Shown here: positions 52,070 to 64,000 of the stretch, one piece after another
How the letters are laid out: each line of letters begins with the position of its first letter
Numbering within the stretch: position 1 is the stretch's first letter
Source: Octopus vulgaris
Taxonomy: Eukaryota
Reading direction: 5' to 3'
Assembly: GCA_951406725.2 (NCBI GenBank)
Contig: OX597815.1
Location: 171,926,001 to 171,990,000 of the forward strand
Length of the DNA stretch: 64,000 bases
Notes under the pieces: model-generated
What the model saw: only the letters and a program-made list of their open reading frames with translations
What the model was told of the DNA's origin: nothing
The model's database searches: none
Translations under genes and position numbers: made by a program

Positions 52070-53449
52070 ATGTTTACAATGACATCTCCTCTTGATAAAA
52101 ATCTTTCTGCAGTCTCATCACCAGACTCTGCATTCAGTGAAGGTTCTATGAATGATTTTGATTTTGAAGACAATTCCCAATTTGAAACTTTGATAAGTCA
52201 AATAATGTACAATTCCGAAGATGTACAGAATGATATGATGAGTTATTTTCAGTCAGAAACACCCTCAAGTGAAGAGATTGCTTCATTTGACGTTGATAAC
52301 TTCTTCAAATCTGATCTCATCAATGATGACTTCTTTTCAGGTGATCCAAACACATCTATTTGCACCTCTGTATACCATGAAAATCCCAGTGTATTTGAAA
52401 ACAAATTAAAACCTGTTTTTGATGACATTGCCTTCTCTTCCCGAAACATTTCAGATGCCACTGATAATCAATTATCACTAGGTGAAATAAACAATGCATT
52501 TGATCAGGCTTTTGATCATGCATTTGATCAGCCATTATTCGGTAATCAATCTGAACTAATTGAATCAAATTACTTTAATGACAAAGATGATCCAGTTTCT
52601 GTATTTTCTGATAATCAGAAGAATCCTGAACCAACTTATTTGTTTCCAAATTCCTCCCTTTCCACTTCTATATCTTCCAGTTTACCGTCATATCACACAA
52701 AATGTCAAAAGCTAAATAACTGCTTTCAAGAATGTGAAAATAAATTTTGTAGCGAGCCTAATTTAGGGAAATATGCAGCAAAATGTAATTCAGTTCATGC
52801 AAATCTCCATGGATATTTTAGTGAGAAGCAAGGGGATAATTGTTCCTCTGCTCAAATGCATTTGTTGTCTCCATCTGACTCATCTTACGGCATTGATAAT
52901 TCATTCAACTACAATCAAACCAAAAGTTCAAAAACCTTTAAAAAGAAGGACGTGTTTGCAATACCTAAATCCCCAAATGTTATTTCAAAGACAAGCTGTC
53001 TGCAAAAAGTTCTAACAGGTCATTTGTCATGTGCATTGTCACCTTCTTCTTTCAATTTTCCACAGCATCAGCCAAGAAATTTGCAATCAGGTGCATTCCC
53101 AAACAAACCTGATAGCCGATATTTCAGCTATATGCAGAGTTTAAAACATAAACAAAGTGATAAACAGCTACACATTTCCAATTCGAAAAAGAATGCTTCC
53201 AACAATGGAAATTCTCCTAAAAGAGAGAATGTCTCTGAATTAGAGAAATATTTACGCGGAATTATCCCAATGGGTAAAGACAGTACTGGTTTGTCTTATT
53301 TGAGTGATGCCTCATCAAAATTAAACCATATGAAAAAAAGCAAATCTACATTTCTGTATAAACTTTTGACAGGTGAAATATCTCAAGAACTATATAGTGA
53401 GATTGATTACAAGCTCCGAGAAACAGAGAGAGCAAATCTAGCCTCCTGA
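52070..53449 (+). CDS. Uncharacterised 459-aa acidic/Ser-rich protein with LxxLL-like boxes (possible transcriptional coregulator)
   Basis: Uninterrupted non-repetitive 1.38-kb ORF in AT-rich DNA. Acidic-hydrophobic N-terminus and motifs LQKVLTG, LEKYLRG, LYKLLTG. No TE domain recognised. Confidence 0.85.
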   Translation: MFTMTSPLDKNLSAVSSPDSAFSEGSMNDFDFEDNSQFETLISQIMYNSEDVQNDMMSYFQSETPSSEEIASFDVDNFFKSDLINDDFFSGDPNTSICTSVYHENPSVFENKLKPVFDDIAFSSRNISDATDNQLSLGEINNAFDQAFDHAFDQPLFGNQSELIESNYFNDKDDPVSVFSDNQKNPEPTYLFPNSSLSTSISSSLPSYHTKCQKLNNCFQECENKFCSEPNLGKYAAKCNSVHANLHGYFSEKQGDNCSSAQMHLLSPSDSSYGIDNSFNYNQTKSSKTFKKKDVFAIPKSPNVISKTSCLQKVLTGHLSCALSPSSFNFPQHQPRNLQSGAFPNKPDSRYFSYMQSLKHKQSDKQLHISNSKKNASNNGNSPKRENVSELEKYLRGIIPMGKDSTGLSYLSDASSKLNHMKKSKSTFLYKLLTGEISQELYSEIDYKLRETERANLAS

Positions 53450-53601
53450 TAAAAGCTTTGATATACAAATTTGCATATATGTATGACTGTATGTGTATGT
53501 GTGTGCATATGTATGTGTGTGTGTGTCTATCAATATATCTATCTATATATATGTGTCTATCTATCCATATATACACACACACACATACATACACACACAC
53601 T

Positions 53602-53840
53602 CACAGGTATCTCAAAAGTAAATAGACACCATAATTAAAAAAAAATTTTTTTATTTTATTGAAAGAAATATTTCTAGAAACAAAATGTCATTTGATGCAT
53701 TTAAATAATTGATCTAGTAATTAGTAGTCATGGCTTGTGCAGTTTTTAACGATTTAACTCATTTGGGCATCATATTAATGAGCAGTGTCCACACAGGTAT
53801 AACAGTACAATGAGAGGAGTCTATTTACTTTTGAGACACT

Positions 53841-53842
<2 letters not shown>
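53602..53842. mobile_element. Tc1-like MITE
   Basis: TIRs GTATCTCAAAAGTAAATAGACACC / GGAGTCTATTTACTTTTGAGACAC. Confidence 0.75.
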
Positions 53843-53890
<48 letters not shown>

Positions 53891-54482
53891 AAGTAGAGCT
53901 ACATTTACTAAAGAAAAGCTGGTGTGATAATTTTCATGATAATATAATGAAAAATAGTAAATTTGGGATTTATATTTTGTTTATATTTGTTGGTAGGTAG
54001 ATTAAAAATTACTTGAGTGAATAAACGAGAATTATTTATTTGGATTTGAACAAAATTATGCATTTTCAAAGAAAATTATCAAGCTTTCTTCCTTCAGATT
54101 AGTAGTTTACTATGTAGTGCTAGTATTTTGGAGTGAAATTTTTGTAGAATGTTAGTGTTTTGGACTTGAAGTTTTAATACTTAGAAACATGCATTTACAC
54201 AGATAAGTATGTCTGTATTTGTGAATGTTGTGTATGTGTGTACATGTGCATATATGAACGTGTATATACATCTATGTGTGTACATTTATATATATGTGTA
54301 TGTGTGTATACATACACATATATAGAGACATTCACACACACACATGCAGATAAGTTCATATTATGTTGCATGTGTACATATGTTTATATATATAAATCTG
54401 TATGTGCATATTTACATATATATATTTATGTATGTATATATGCACATACAGAAGCACACACACACACACACACACATATCTA

Positions 54483-55703
54483 TTCAAGGGTTGGACCAAA
54501 AGTATAGCAAAATAGAATATTTTTATTAATTGACATAGATCATTCAAATTGCACATGCTGGTAGAATAACTTTTCTACACAAAGGTACTTCTCAACATAG
54601 TCTCCACCACAGGAAATACAGTTGTGCATTTCTTGGACCCAACTTTCAAATCCTCTTTGAAAATATTTGTATGTTGTACCCCACTTATGCACCTTGTTAG
54701 TATTAGCAAATCACTCTCCTGTTGGCTGGCACTCAGTCTAGGCTGTAAAGTTAATGGGTTACCACTGACCAGTCTAATTTTCTCATTTGCTGCCAAGGAT
54801 GTATGTGGTGGCTCATTGTCAAGTTGGATATAGATTGTTTATAGATTCTTCCTTGACTTCTTCTTTCTAATAGCTTCTCTAAGCTTTTTAAGTGTTTCAA
54901 TATACTGCTTTCTGTTCATGTTACAGCTATATTCTAGAAATTGACAGAGTATTATACCTTTGTCATCTCAATTAACAGTTCCCATGACTTTCTCTGACAA
55001 TCACTGACTTTTGAACTTCATAAGCTTTGGAGAAGAGGTGTAACGCCGTTCCATTGACTGAATCTTTGTTTCTATATCATAAAGATATGGCCATGTTTCA
55101 TTCCTTGTCATCAGACTTGACAAAAATGTTTTAATTGGCTTCTGATGCTTCTTTTAATCAGAGCAGTCTTCTCTTCCCTCCACTTCTTCAAATTGGGTTG
55201 CCAGCTCCCGAGGTATCCATTTTGCGTACACTTTCGAATACCCAAAGTCTTCCACCATCTTCTCTAGTGCTGTGTGACTACAGTCCAATTGTGCAGCAAG
55301 ATCACAGATTGTGTCTCATCTGCTCACATGAATCAGTTCATCCACCCAGTGGTTTCATATCAGTGGTTTCATATCAGTGGTTACAGATGAAAGTCTTCCA
55401 CTGCATTGTTTATCTTCTGTGTTAGTTTCCCTAGGCACATTGCTCTTGTCAATGGATTCATCTTTTTAAAAAATTTATAGTGTTCTGTAGGTGTGGAACA
55501 TCCTGCAACACACCTTTGTCAACAACTCTATGGTGACACATTGTTTCTGATTGGATCCCACAATTTGCTTGTGATGAACAAGAACAGGAACAATATTTAT
55601 TATGGGAAAAGAGTTACTACCAACACATGCAATTTCATTGGCTTATGTCTGTTAATAAAAATGTTATGACTACTTTTACACTACTTTTCAGACAACCCTC
55701 AGA
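54483..55703 (-). mobile_element. Decayed mariner element
   Basis: TIR-like CAAGGGTTGGACCAAAAGTA / TACTTTTCAGACAACCCTC. Remnants of TGDETW, QSMEWR.TSSPK.KFK and PYSPDLAP-like motifs. Confidence 0.7.
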
Positions 55704-55968
55704 TATATGTATGTATTTATTTACATGTGTGTGTTTGTGTATATGTATGTGTGTGTATATGTATACGTGTGTGCTTATTTATATATATGTGTGTGTGAAT
55801 GTACATATATATGTATATAAGTATGCATACAAGCTTATGTGCATATATATGTGTATATATGTGTGCGTGTGTGTGTAGCTATATAGGTATATATTTACAT
55901 AGATACATGTATACCTATATGCATGCATGTATATATGTATGTATGTAAGTATGTATGTATGTATGTAA

Positions 55969-56011
<43 letters not shown>

Positions 56012-59000
56012 TACACACACATATACATATACATATTTACATTTTTGTCGGTGAAATTTTAGAGAATAAAAGACAGCATTCTGCTGCACTTGATTATATA
56101 TAGCCTATAGTATAGTAAATGCTCTGCCATAACCTATATTCCACAATCCAGTTGAAAACTACAAACACCGATTATTGGTTCATTGAAACTGATACAAAAT
56201 TTCCGTTTATTAACTAATTTATTTATTAATGATAGTGGTGCTAGTTATGCTATACCCCTCTGTGGTCTATAGATGCATGCTTAAGTTTCAAGATGAAAAT
56301 TGTTTCTTATTTACTTAATGTTTTTGTAGAAATAAAATATTATCTAAGAACTGCAGTGAATCGTAGTTTGTAAACATAGATTTGAAAAGATTAGATAAGA
56401 ATTAGATAATAAACAGGCATTATTGTGAGCTGGATATGTTCACTTTGCAACAAAGAGGTTTCATGTTCAATCCCTCTATGTGACATCTTGGCTGTGTGTG
56501 TTTTATCATCATCTTGGGTTTACTATTGGCCTGTGAGTGAAATTTGCTTGAAAGGAATTGTGCAGAAGCCCATTGTGTGCATGTATACATATGTATGTAT
56601 GTGTGTATATATATGGGTGTATGTATGTAGTATATGTGTGTACATATAAATGTGTGTGTGTGCAGGTGTGTGCATGTTTATGCATTGACAAAACACATAT
56701 TGGCCAAAAATAAGCTGCTGATAATATGCGCTAAAATTCTGCTCAAGCTGTACAGATACTTCTTTGATGCTCTCACCGTCAGAACAACAGTGATGCAGCA
56801 ATTGCCCCATTGGAAACCTATAATTTATGTTGCTAATATTCATAAAATGCCTTACATATAATATATAAAAATATAAGTAGGTAAAATCTGTTAGATATGC
56901 AATGTCAAACTGAAAACATACGCAAAATCCAGTTTCAAAAGTAACTGGGAAATACTTGTTGATTGTTAAAACAGAAGCTCAGGGCTGTATGTATGTGGTA
57001 GTAATTGAGAATGTGGATTAATTGGGTGACAAATAGTTGTTTGGTGATAGTAATTATATAGGTAGACGAACCAAGGAACGTGTGAAACTCAGTAATTCAA
57101 ACAGTTCCCTGGCTCATAACCAGGAAAATCTAAGCTGAAGCCATCCAATCTATGCAAGCATGAGATAAATATTGTGAAAATTTGAATGATAATGATTTTA
57201 TTTTATTCTCTCAAATATTTTATTTATTTACATTTTTATCTCCTGTGATATCTTTCAAGAAGCACAAACTTAAAAGATTTAAGTTTATGTATCAATGAAT
57301 GAAAATAATAAAATTGTAACAATTATACATCATGTATGAACAATTCTCCCATTAAAAGTGTATTACATAATACATTCATAAAGTAATTTCATTTTATGGA
57401 GAATACGAAAAAAATATAATTTCCTGTGTCAATGTGGAATCAGAGGCAGCAAAGCTAAATTGTAAATTTTGATAGTTTTTATACTTTTTTTATTATTATT
57501 ATTAATTTGTTTCTTTCTTCATTTTTTTTTTTATTTTTATTTTTTTTTACATTTGACAGATAGACATTCAGTTATTTATTTTTAATAACTAATAAGGAAA
57601 CCAATGATTGAAATTGGCAGGGCCTTCAAAGAAACTTGGCAAGGCAGTGCAAGACTGCTTTCAGGCCCTGAGAGGTGGGATCCTCTCAGAATTCAAGGGG
57701 ATTATGTTTCCTTTTCCTTTTCTTTTTTTCCAGGGCCCAGTAGATTGTCATGGCCTCATTCCTTGGCTCTCTGGGCCCTTGAATCTTCCCTTTTACAAAC
57801 CCTGAAAACTATATTATGCATTTTGTTGTCAAAAAGCAGAAGATATAAATTTCAGAAATTATTGTAATGGTTTACAATGTGTTTTTCTGTTTATTGTTTA
57901 TGGATAGAAAGTGGAAGCTAGTTTAGAGATTGTTATTAATTCAACTTAATATTAAAAAAGGAGGGAAATAACCTCAATGATGAATTTGGCTGACTAATTC
58001 AGTGGTTTTCAATTCAGATGCTGCACTATTCTGGTATGATATGGCAAGCTGCTACATGTGCTGAAATGCTTTCCAGAAGTATCTCAAATATTTTAATTTT
58101 GAAAAGCAATCCTTGCTACTGCATAATATTTCCCTCCAAATTAAACTTGCTAATTAAAAGAGATGGTTGGAAACCACTGAGAGTAGTACAAAAATATCAC
58201 AATTGAGTAGTACAAGAATATCACATTTCTGAGCACTTTTTACTAGAATCAGCCTGCTCCCAGGGAGCTCAGCCTTCGATATAGTTTTAGTTCCCCAGTT
58301 GTAGCTATTTCACTTTACTTGTATGTTACTAATCCTCTAGAGAAAGGCATGAATGTTGCATAATCTAATTATCTCCCAACTGTAAATCTATGAAATTATG
58401 GTTATTTCAGAAAGGCATATTTCTGAGTGCCATAGTCCAGTTGTGCACTATAGTCCAACTGTGCACTATATAGTCCAGTTTAGCCCAGTTTGATAGGCCT
58501 GAATGCAAAGAAACAAAGCCTCTTCCTAAGACGACATGACTAATTACAATAAAAATATAAACATTATCATAATCTTTCTCATCTGCATATTCATCATCAC
58601 CATCTCCACTATCATCTTCATCATCATTGTTATCAACTCCCTCACTCCTACCACTACTGCTGTTACCGAATCAGCTTTGGTTGGAGGTAGAGTTCCATGT
58701 TATGTTAAGCAGTTGAATCCTTGATCTTCCCCTGACACATGAAGTTTTGGCATCAAGTGATTGAATTTCATAAATGAATAAATCAATGAATTGGCCCCTT
58801 TAATAAACAATTACATTTCTCCCTACAGTTTATTTGTAATCTCTACGGAATTCCACTGAGTGCCTTCTTGTAGAAGGTTGGCCTCTGAAAAGTGTGCAGT
58901 GATCTAATAGGTCAACTGTTTATAAATAAAGTTTACAATTTAAACATTTTAATGTATTGTCTTGTTTATTTCTATCTGCTTTTCTCTCTTCATATTATTT

Positions 59001-59432
59001 TTGTTACACTTTTTATTTTGTTTTTTTTTTCAGTCATTGGACTGTGACCATGCTGGGGCACCACCTTGAAAAGTTTAGTTGAACACACCAACTCCGGTTG
59101 TCAAGCACACACACACACACACACACAACAGGCTTCCACACAATTTCCATCTACCAAATTCACTCACATAGCTGGGGCTATAGCAGAATATACTTGCCCA
59201 AGATGCCATGCAGTGTAACTGAACATGAAACATGGATTTTGTCATGGATGATTGTTTAGTAATAACATGACACAAGTCAAACTATCTACAAGGAATTTAT
59301 CTAGAATGGATTTATATGAATCCTGTAAACCACAATCATTTTCATACATCTTTATTCCATTAGTTCATAGAAATAGTTGGGAAGCACTTTTTGTTGTATA
59401 TCACCTGGCCAGTCCTAATGGTATAGACTTGT

Positions 59433-59730
59433 GGAGGCACATGGACTAGTGGTTAGAGCAGCGGACTCGCGGTCGAGGGCTCACGGGTTTGAATCTCAGA
59501 CTGGGTGATTTGTGTGTTTATGAGTGAAAAAAACCTAAGCTCTACACGGCTCCAGCAGAAGGTAATGGCAAACTTCTGCTAACTCTTTCGCCACAACTTT
59601 CTTTCACTCTTTCCTTCTGCATCTAGCAGCTCACTTGCGACGGACTGACGTCCCATCCAGGTAGGGAACCTATACGCCAAGGAAACCGGGAAACCAGCCC
59701 TTATGAGCCAGGCATGGCTCGAGAAGGAAC
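59433..59730 (+). mobile_element. Full-length tRNA-derived SINE with 16-bp TSD
   Basis: A box TGGACTAGTGG, B box GGTTTGAATC, and TSD AATG(G/A)TATAGACTTGT at 59417-59432 and 59731-59746. Confidence 0.9.
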
Positions 59731-60289
59731 AATGATATAGACTTGTAGTCAAATGTATTCCAACTATGACTACCTTATCACATTCTCAGGCATAGTGCAC
59801 CCAAAGCCACATCATACAGTGTTATTTATTCTAAGGTTTACAAGTTATGTGTTTGTAAATAGTTAGAGAAAGTGTTCATGTGCTGATGAAAATTCCAACA
59901 AGAATTAACATAGATTTAAATGTTCCCTCTTTTTCTGTTCACAAACATACTGTATTGACATATTGTTTACATTCATCATAATACACTGTATTGGCTATTA
60001 AATCTATTGATATATTCTATAGTACATTATATAGTATTATATCAACGAAATGAAACTGGCTATCAAGAGAAATGTTAAATATCCAAATTGGTCAATTCAC
60101 TTTGCTTTAACCCCTAATATTAGAGAAGATTTATTAGCAGTATCTTTGTGGATAGCTAGAGAGAATGTGTAGTTACTGAGGAAAACTTCAACAAGAATTG
60201 AAACATACAATCATCAGTTCCATCTTTTTCTATCCATAAACATAGTTTATAGATATAGTGCTAACATTTATCATAACACAATATTAGAT

Positions 60290-60474
60290 ATTGGCACGTA
60301 AAAAGCACCCACAACACTCTCAGAGTGGTTGGCGTTAGGAAGGGAATCCAGCTGTAGAAACTCTGCCAGATCAAGATTGGAGCCTGGTGCAGCCATCTGG
60401 TTCGCCAGCCCTCAGTCAAAATCGTCGTCCAACCCATGCTAGTATGGAAAGCGGACGTTAAATGATGATGATGA
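60290..60474 (+). mobile_element. RTE-associated SINE 3' part
   Basis: Same family as 24530-25075. Confidence 0.85.
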
Positions 60475-61212
60475 AATCTATAGATATGTTGTATAATATA
60501 TTATAGTAATAAAATGAAACACTGTTAACACACCAGTAATTTTATATGATATATAGTTTGAAAACATAACCTGATACTTAAACACTTCTGGTTTTGATAA
60601 GTAACTTTGTAGTTAGTTTTAATGTATTACCACTTATACAATTACAGTACAATATTTTATTACAATGTTGCTGATCCTCTGTATCAGGTGTTTCAAGTAA
60701 GTGAATGTACATATTGCAAATTTATATCCATACTTTCAGGTCACACAGCATGAATAAAAACATTACTATACAGTGAACTTAATATTTTTTAAATATAATT
60801 TCACATTGCAGTTGTTTCTAATTCAGTAGCAGAGTTTTCCAACCAATTCTTGATTTATTAAAAAAATATCTCCACCTCTCAAGAATGTATCATAATCACA
60901 AAATGGCAATTGAGACCGTAACCATATTAGGAGGGGAGATAATCTCAATAAGAATTCTTCAAAGTTAACATGTTATAAAAGGAAAAGGACAGGTTTACTG
61001 TCTGGTGATAAGAGGACAATCATAAACATGTGTTTCTGTTTCAGCAGGCGTCATCAACACAAAAATTGTCCTACCCTTCCACCTGTAGCCATAGGATTTA
61101 GACTTCCACAAAAGAAGTAGAACAAGGTAATTTGTATAAATTAAACAAAAATGACTTAAGAGAAATAATTCAGAAAGGCTAGTGACATACATGCACATAT
61201 ATACAAGTACAG

Positions 61213-61800
61213 TGGAGGCACAATGGCCCAGTGGTTCGGGCAGTGGACTCGCTGTTGTAGGATCACGGTTTTGATTCCCAGACCGGGCATTGTGAGTGTT
61301 TATTAAGCAAAAACATCTAAAGCTCCACAAGGCTCCAGCAGGGGGTAGTGGTGAACCCTGCTGTACTCTTTCACCACAACTTTCTCTCACTCTTTCTTCC
61401 TGTTTCTGTTGTAGCTGTATTTTAAAGGGCCAGCCTTGTCATGCTGAATCTCCCCGAGAACTATGTTAACCCTTTAGTGTTCAGATTACTCTGTTAAATG
61501 TAATACTTTTTCACTCAAATTGTTTTGAATTAATCCTGGATCATCTTACAGCTCTGAGGTTTCAATGATGTGATTACTTATTTTTAGAATGGCATTGTAG
61601 GTTAGGTGTGAGAGGCTAGACATCGCCAGTTTGAATATAAAATATGTAGAATATATTGGGCCGGATTTGGCCAGTTTAAACACTAAAGGGTTAAGGGTAC
61701 ACGTGTCTGTGAAATGCTCGGCCACTTGCACATTAATAAATGAGCTGCGACATCACTGGTGCCAAGCTGTATCGGCCTTTGCCTTTCCTTTGGATAACAT
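61213..61800 (+). mobile_element. tRNA-derived SINE interrupted by a MITE
   Basis: Head GGAGGCACAATGGCCCAGTGGTT resembles 59433. The body resumes after 61694. Confidence 0.8.
61470..61690. mobile_element. piggyBac-like MITE with TTAA TSD
   Basis: TTAA-CCCTTTAGTGTT...AACACTAAAGGG-TTAA. Confidence 0.85.
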
Positions 61801-62374
61801 CGATACAAGTACATCATATAGATATGCTTGTATACACACATACTTACAAGCATACATTTGCACAGATACATATGTAGAAATATACATAAACACATACACC
61901 TACATACATAGCTTATGAGTTGCTGCATTAGGAAACAGTGCATCAAAATACTGCATTATCTTCAGACTGAAATCTTGTTAAAATACCTGCAACAGAATTG
62001 ACTCCAGTTTAGGTACTAAAGTAATGTAAAATGAAATGACTGGATTCCACACAGTTTCCAACTATCAATTTCTTCCACAGGCTTGGGTTCATTTCAGACT
62101 CCATCAGTAGCCATTTGTATTGTGCAGTGAGGTCAAACTGAAAAAAGGAACTTCTTGAATATATATACATGCATATGTACAAACATAAATATATATGAGG
62201 TACAGGTATAGTTGTGTGGTTAAGAGATTTACTTTGCAACCATAGGTTTTCAAATTTGATCATACTTCTTGATACTTCGAGCAAATGTCTTCTACTATTG
62301 TTTGGATTGGCCAATTCCTTGTGAGTGTAAAATTTGGTATACAGAAGTCTGTTGTATATATATACATATCTATC

Positions 62375-62415
<41 letters not shown>

Positions 62416-62676
62416 ATGGTGGTGGTGGCTGTTGATTCAGGTGAGTGTCAAGGGTTTTAAGTCAAGTGTAACTTACACAACACCACAATGACTCACTAGC
62501 AATACCAAGGATCTCGTAGACAAGCAAAACAAAATATCAGGGTCAGCAGCAGGTTGCATAAACGAGTTAGCCTTCTCTTTGAAGAATATCTTAACAAAGA
62601 ACAGGAGTCCTTCACTGCCAGTAGGTTTACTGCAACCTCAGACACCAGCCCAAGTATTTCTACACACATACATATG

Positions 62677-62712
<36 letters not shown>

Positions 62713-62870
62713 TATACATATGTGAAATAGAAAGATGAATAATCTTGTTGCAGATTAATCAAAAGTTTAACCGATACCTTGGTAGCAAAAATCACAGCAG
62801 AAGACAGCACGGTTGGAGGTACAACCATATGGTGTTGCAACCGTGCGTTGGTGCAGATAATTGAATTTTA

Positions 62871-63163
62871 ATATTATTAGTGAATTGAAGAAATGGAGTT
62901 GAACGAAGATTGAACAGAAATCGTTTTATTTCATTCTACACGTGTTTCGAAAGGCACAATTTACCAAATTCCGATTGAATAATGAGACCATATTGTGTCT
63001 TTCTCTTCTATTCCTATTTCTTCCTGAAGAGAAAGACACAATATGGTCTTATTATTCAATCGGAATTTGGTAAATTGTGCCTTTCGAAACACGTGTAGAA
63101 TGAAATAAAACGATTTCTGTTCAATCTTCGTTCAACTCCATTTCTTCAATTCACTAATAATAT
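62871..63163. mobile_element. Young fold-back element (arms about 138 bp), Penelope-like relic
   Basis: 62871-63008 is a near-perfect reverse complement of 63026-63163. Confidence 0.9.
63015..63107 (+). ncRNA. Intact type I hammerhead ribozyme motif
   Basis: UAUUUC-UUC CUGAAGA GAAAGACACAAU...AUUGUGCCUUUC GAAA CACGUG UA GAA-U-GAAAUA. Predicted cleavage after 63097. Confidence 0.88.
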
Positions 63164-63184
63164 ATATATACATATATATATATA

Positions 63185-63750
63185 TCATCATTTAATGTCT
63201 GTTGTCCATGCTGGCATAGGTTGGATGGTTTGACCAGGCTGGCACACTGGAAGGTTGCCCCAGACTTCAGTTTGATTTGACATGGTTTTCTATGGCTGAA
63301 TGCCCTTCCTAACATCAACTACTCTGAAAGTGTAATGTGTGCTTTTATGTGACACCGATATCTGTCACAACTGTGATTTTGCTTGGCTTGATGGGTCTTC
63401 TCAAGCATGACATAATGCCAAAGATCTCAGATATTACCTCCATGAGGCCCAACACTCGAAAGGAACTCAGCCACTTTGCCTCCGTGAGGCCCAATGCTTG
63501 AAAGGTGTTCTTTATGTGCCACCAGCATGGGTGCCAGTTACCATGATTATGATTTCACTAGGTTTGATGGGTCCTCTGAAGCACAGTACATTGCCAAATG
63601 TCCCAGTCACTAGTTACTGCCTCTATGAGGCTCAAAGTTCGAAGATCATGCTTCACCACCTCATCCCATGTCTTCCTGGGTTTACCTCTTCCACAAGTTC
63701 CCTCCACAGTTAGAGATTGGCACTTCTTTACACAGCTGTCCTGGTCCATA
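63185..63750 (-). mobile_element. RTE LINE 3' end with SINE-like tail
   Basis: MDQDSCVKKCQSLTVEGTCGRGKPRKTWDEVVKHDL. Confidence 0.85.
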
Positions 63751-63883
63751 TGCCCCACCTTTTCCCCAAAATTTCAGGCCTTGTGCCTATAGTAGAAAGG
63801 GATATGTAACATGATTTGAAAAGTTATTGAAAAATTAAAGAATTATAAGCCACAAAAGTTATTTTAACTCAAAATACAAATAT

Positions 63884-63917
<34 letters not shown>

Positions 63918-64000
63918 ATCAATAATTGAGGGTAAAATTAATTAGTTATTAATTAATTTCACCAAGTAGTGTTCAGTATGTAAAAGGACCATTTAAGGCG

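Noticed and set aside
57975-58065. ATGATGA...CTGA as a possible C/D snoRNA
   Set aside because: No terminal stem or recognisable guide sequence.
58431-58490. Short ~19-21-bp tandem TAGTCCAGTTGTGCACTA
   Set aside because: Ordinary local minisatellite with no further structure.
59433-59510. tRNA-like sequence
   Set aside because: It is a SINE head with body and TSD, and has no intact cloverleaf.

Overview
This is AT-rich, microsatellite- and transposon-dense animal DNA. The repeat families look like those of a coleoid cephalopod (Octopus-like); that is an inference. Most ORFs in the track are microsatellite artefacts. There is one convincing protein-coding exon (52070-53449, +, 459 aa). It is acidic and Ser-rich with LxxLL-like boxes, and it is preceded by a splice acceptor, upstream AUGs and an open frame that ends in a TAATG stop/start overlap. 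The rest is SINEs, decayed RTE, CR1-like and RLE LINEs, Tc1/mariner, hAT and piggyBac-type elements, and non-autonomous Helitrons. The main hidden signal is about a dozen minimal type I hammerhead ribozyme motifs (CUGANGA...GAAA-palindrome-NUH), some intact and some decayed, from mutually unrelated sequence families. Many sit inside fold-back (inverted-duplication) elements. Decayed Penelope-type RT and GIY-YIG fragments in the same window point to Penelope-like retroelement relics. All structures were read by eye, and none was folded or searched computationally.
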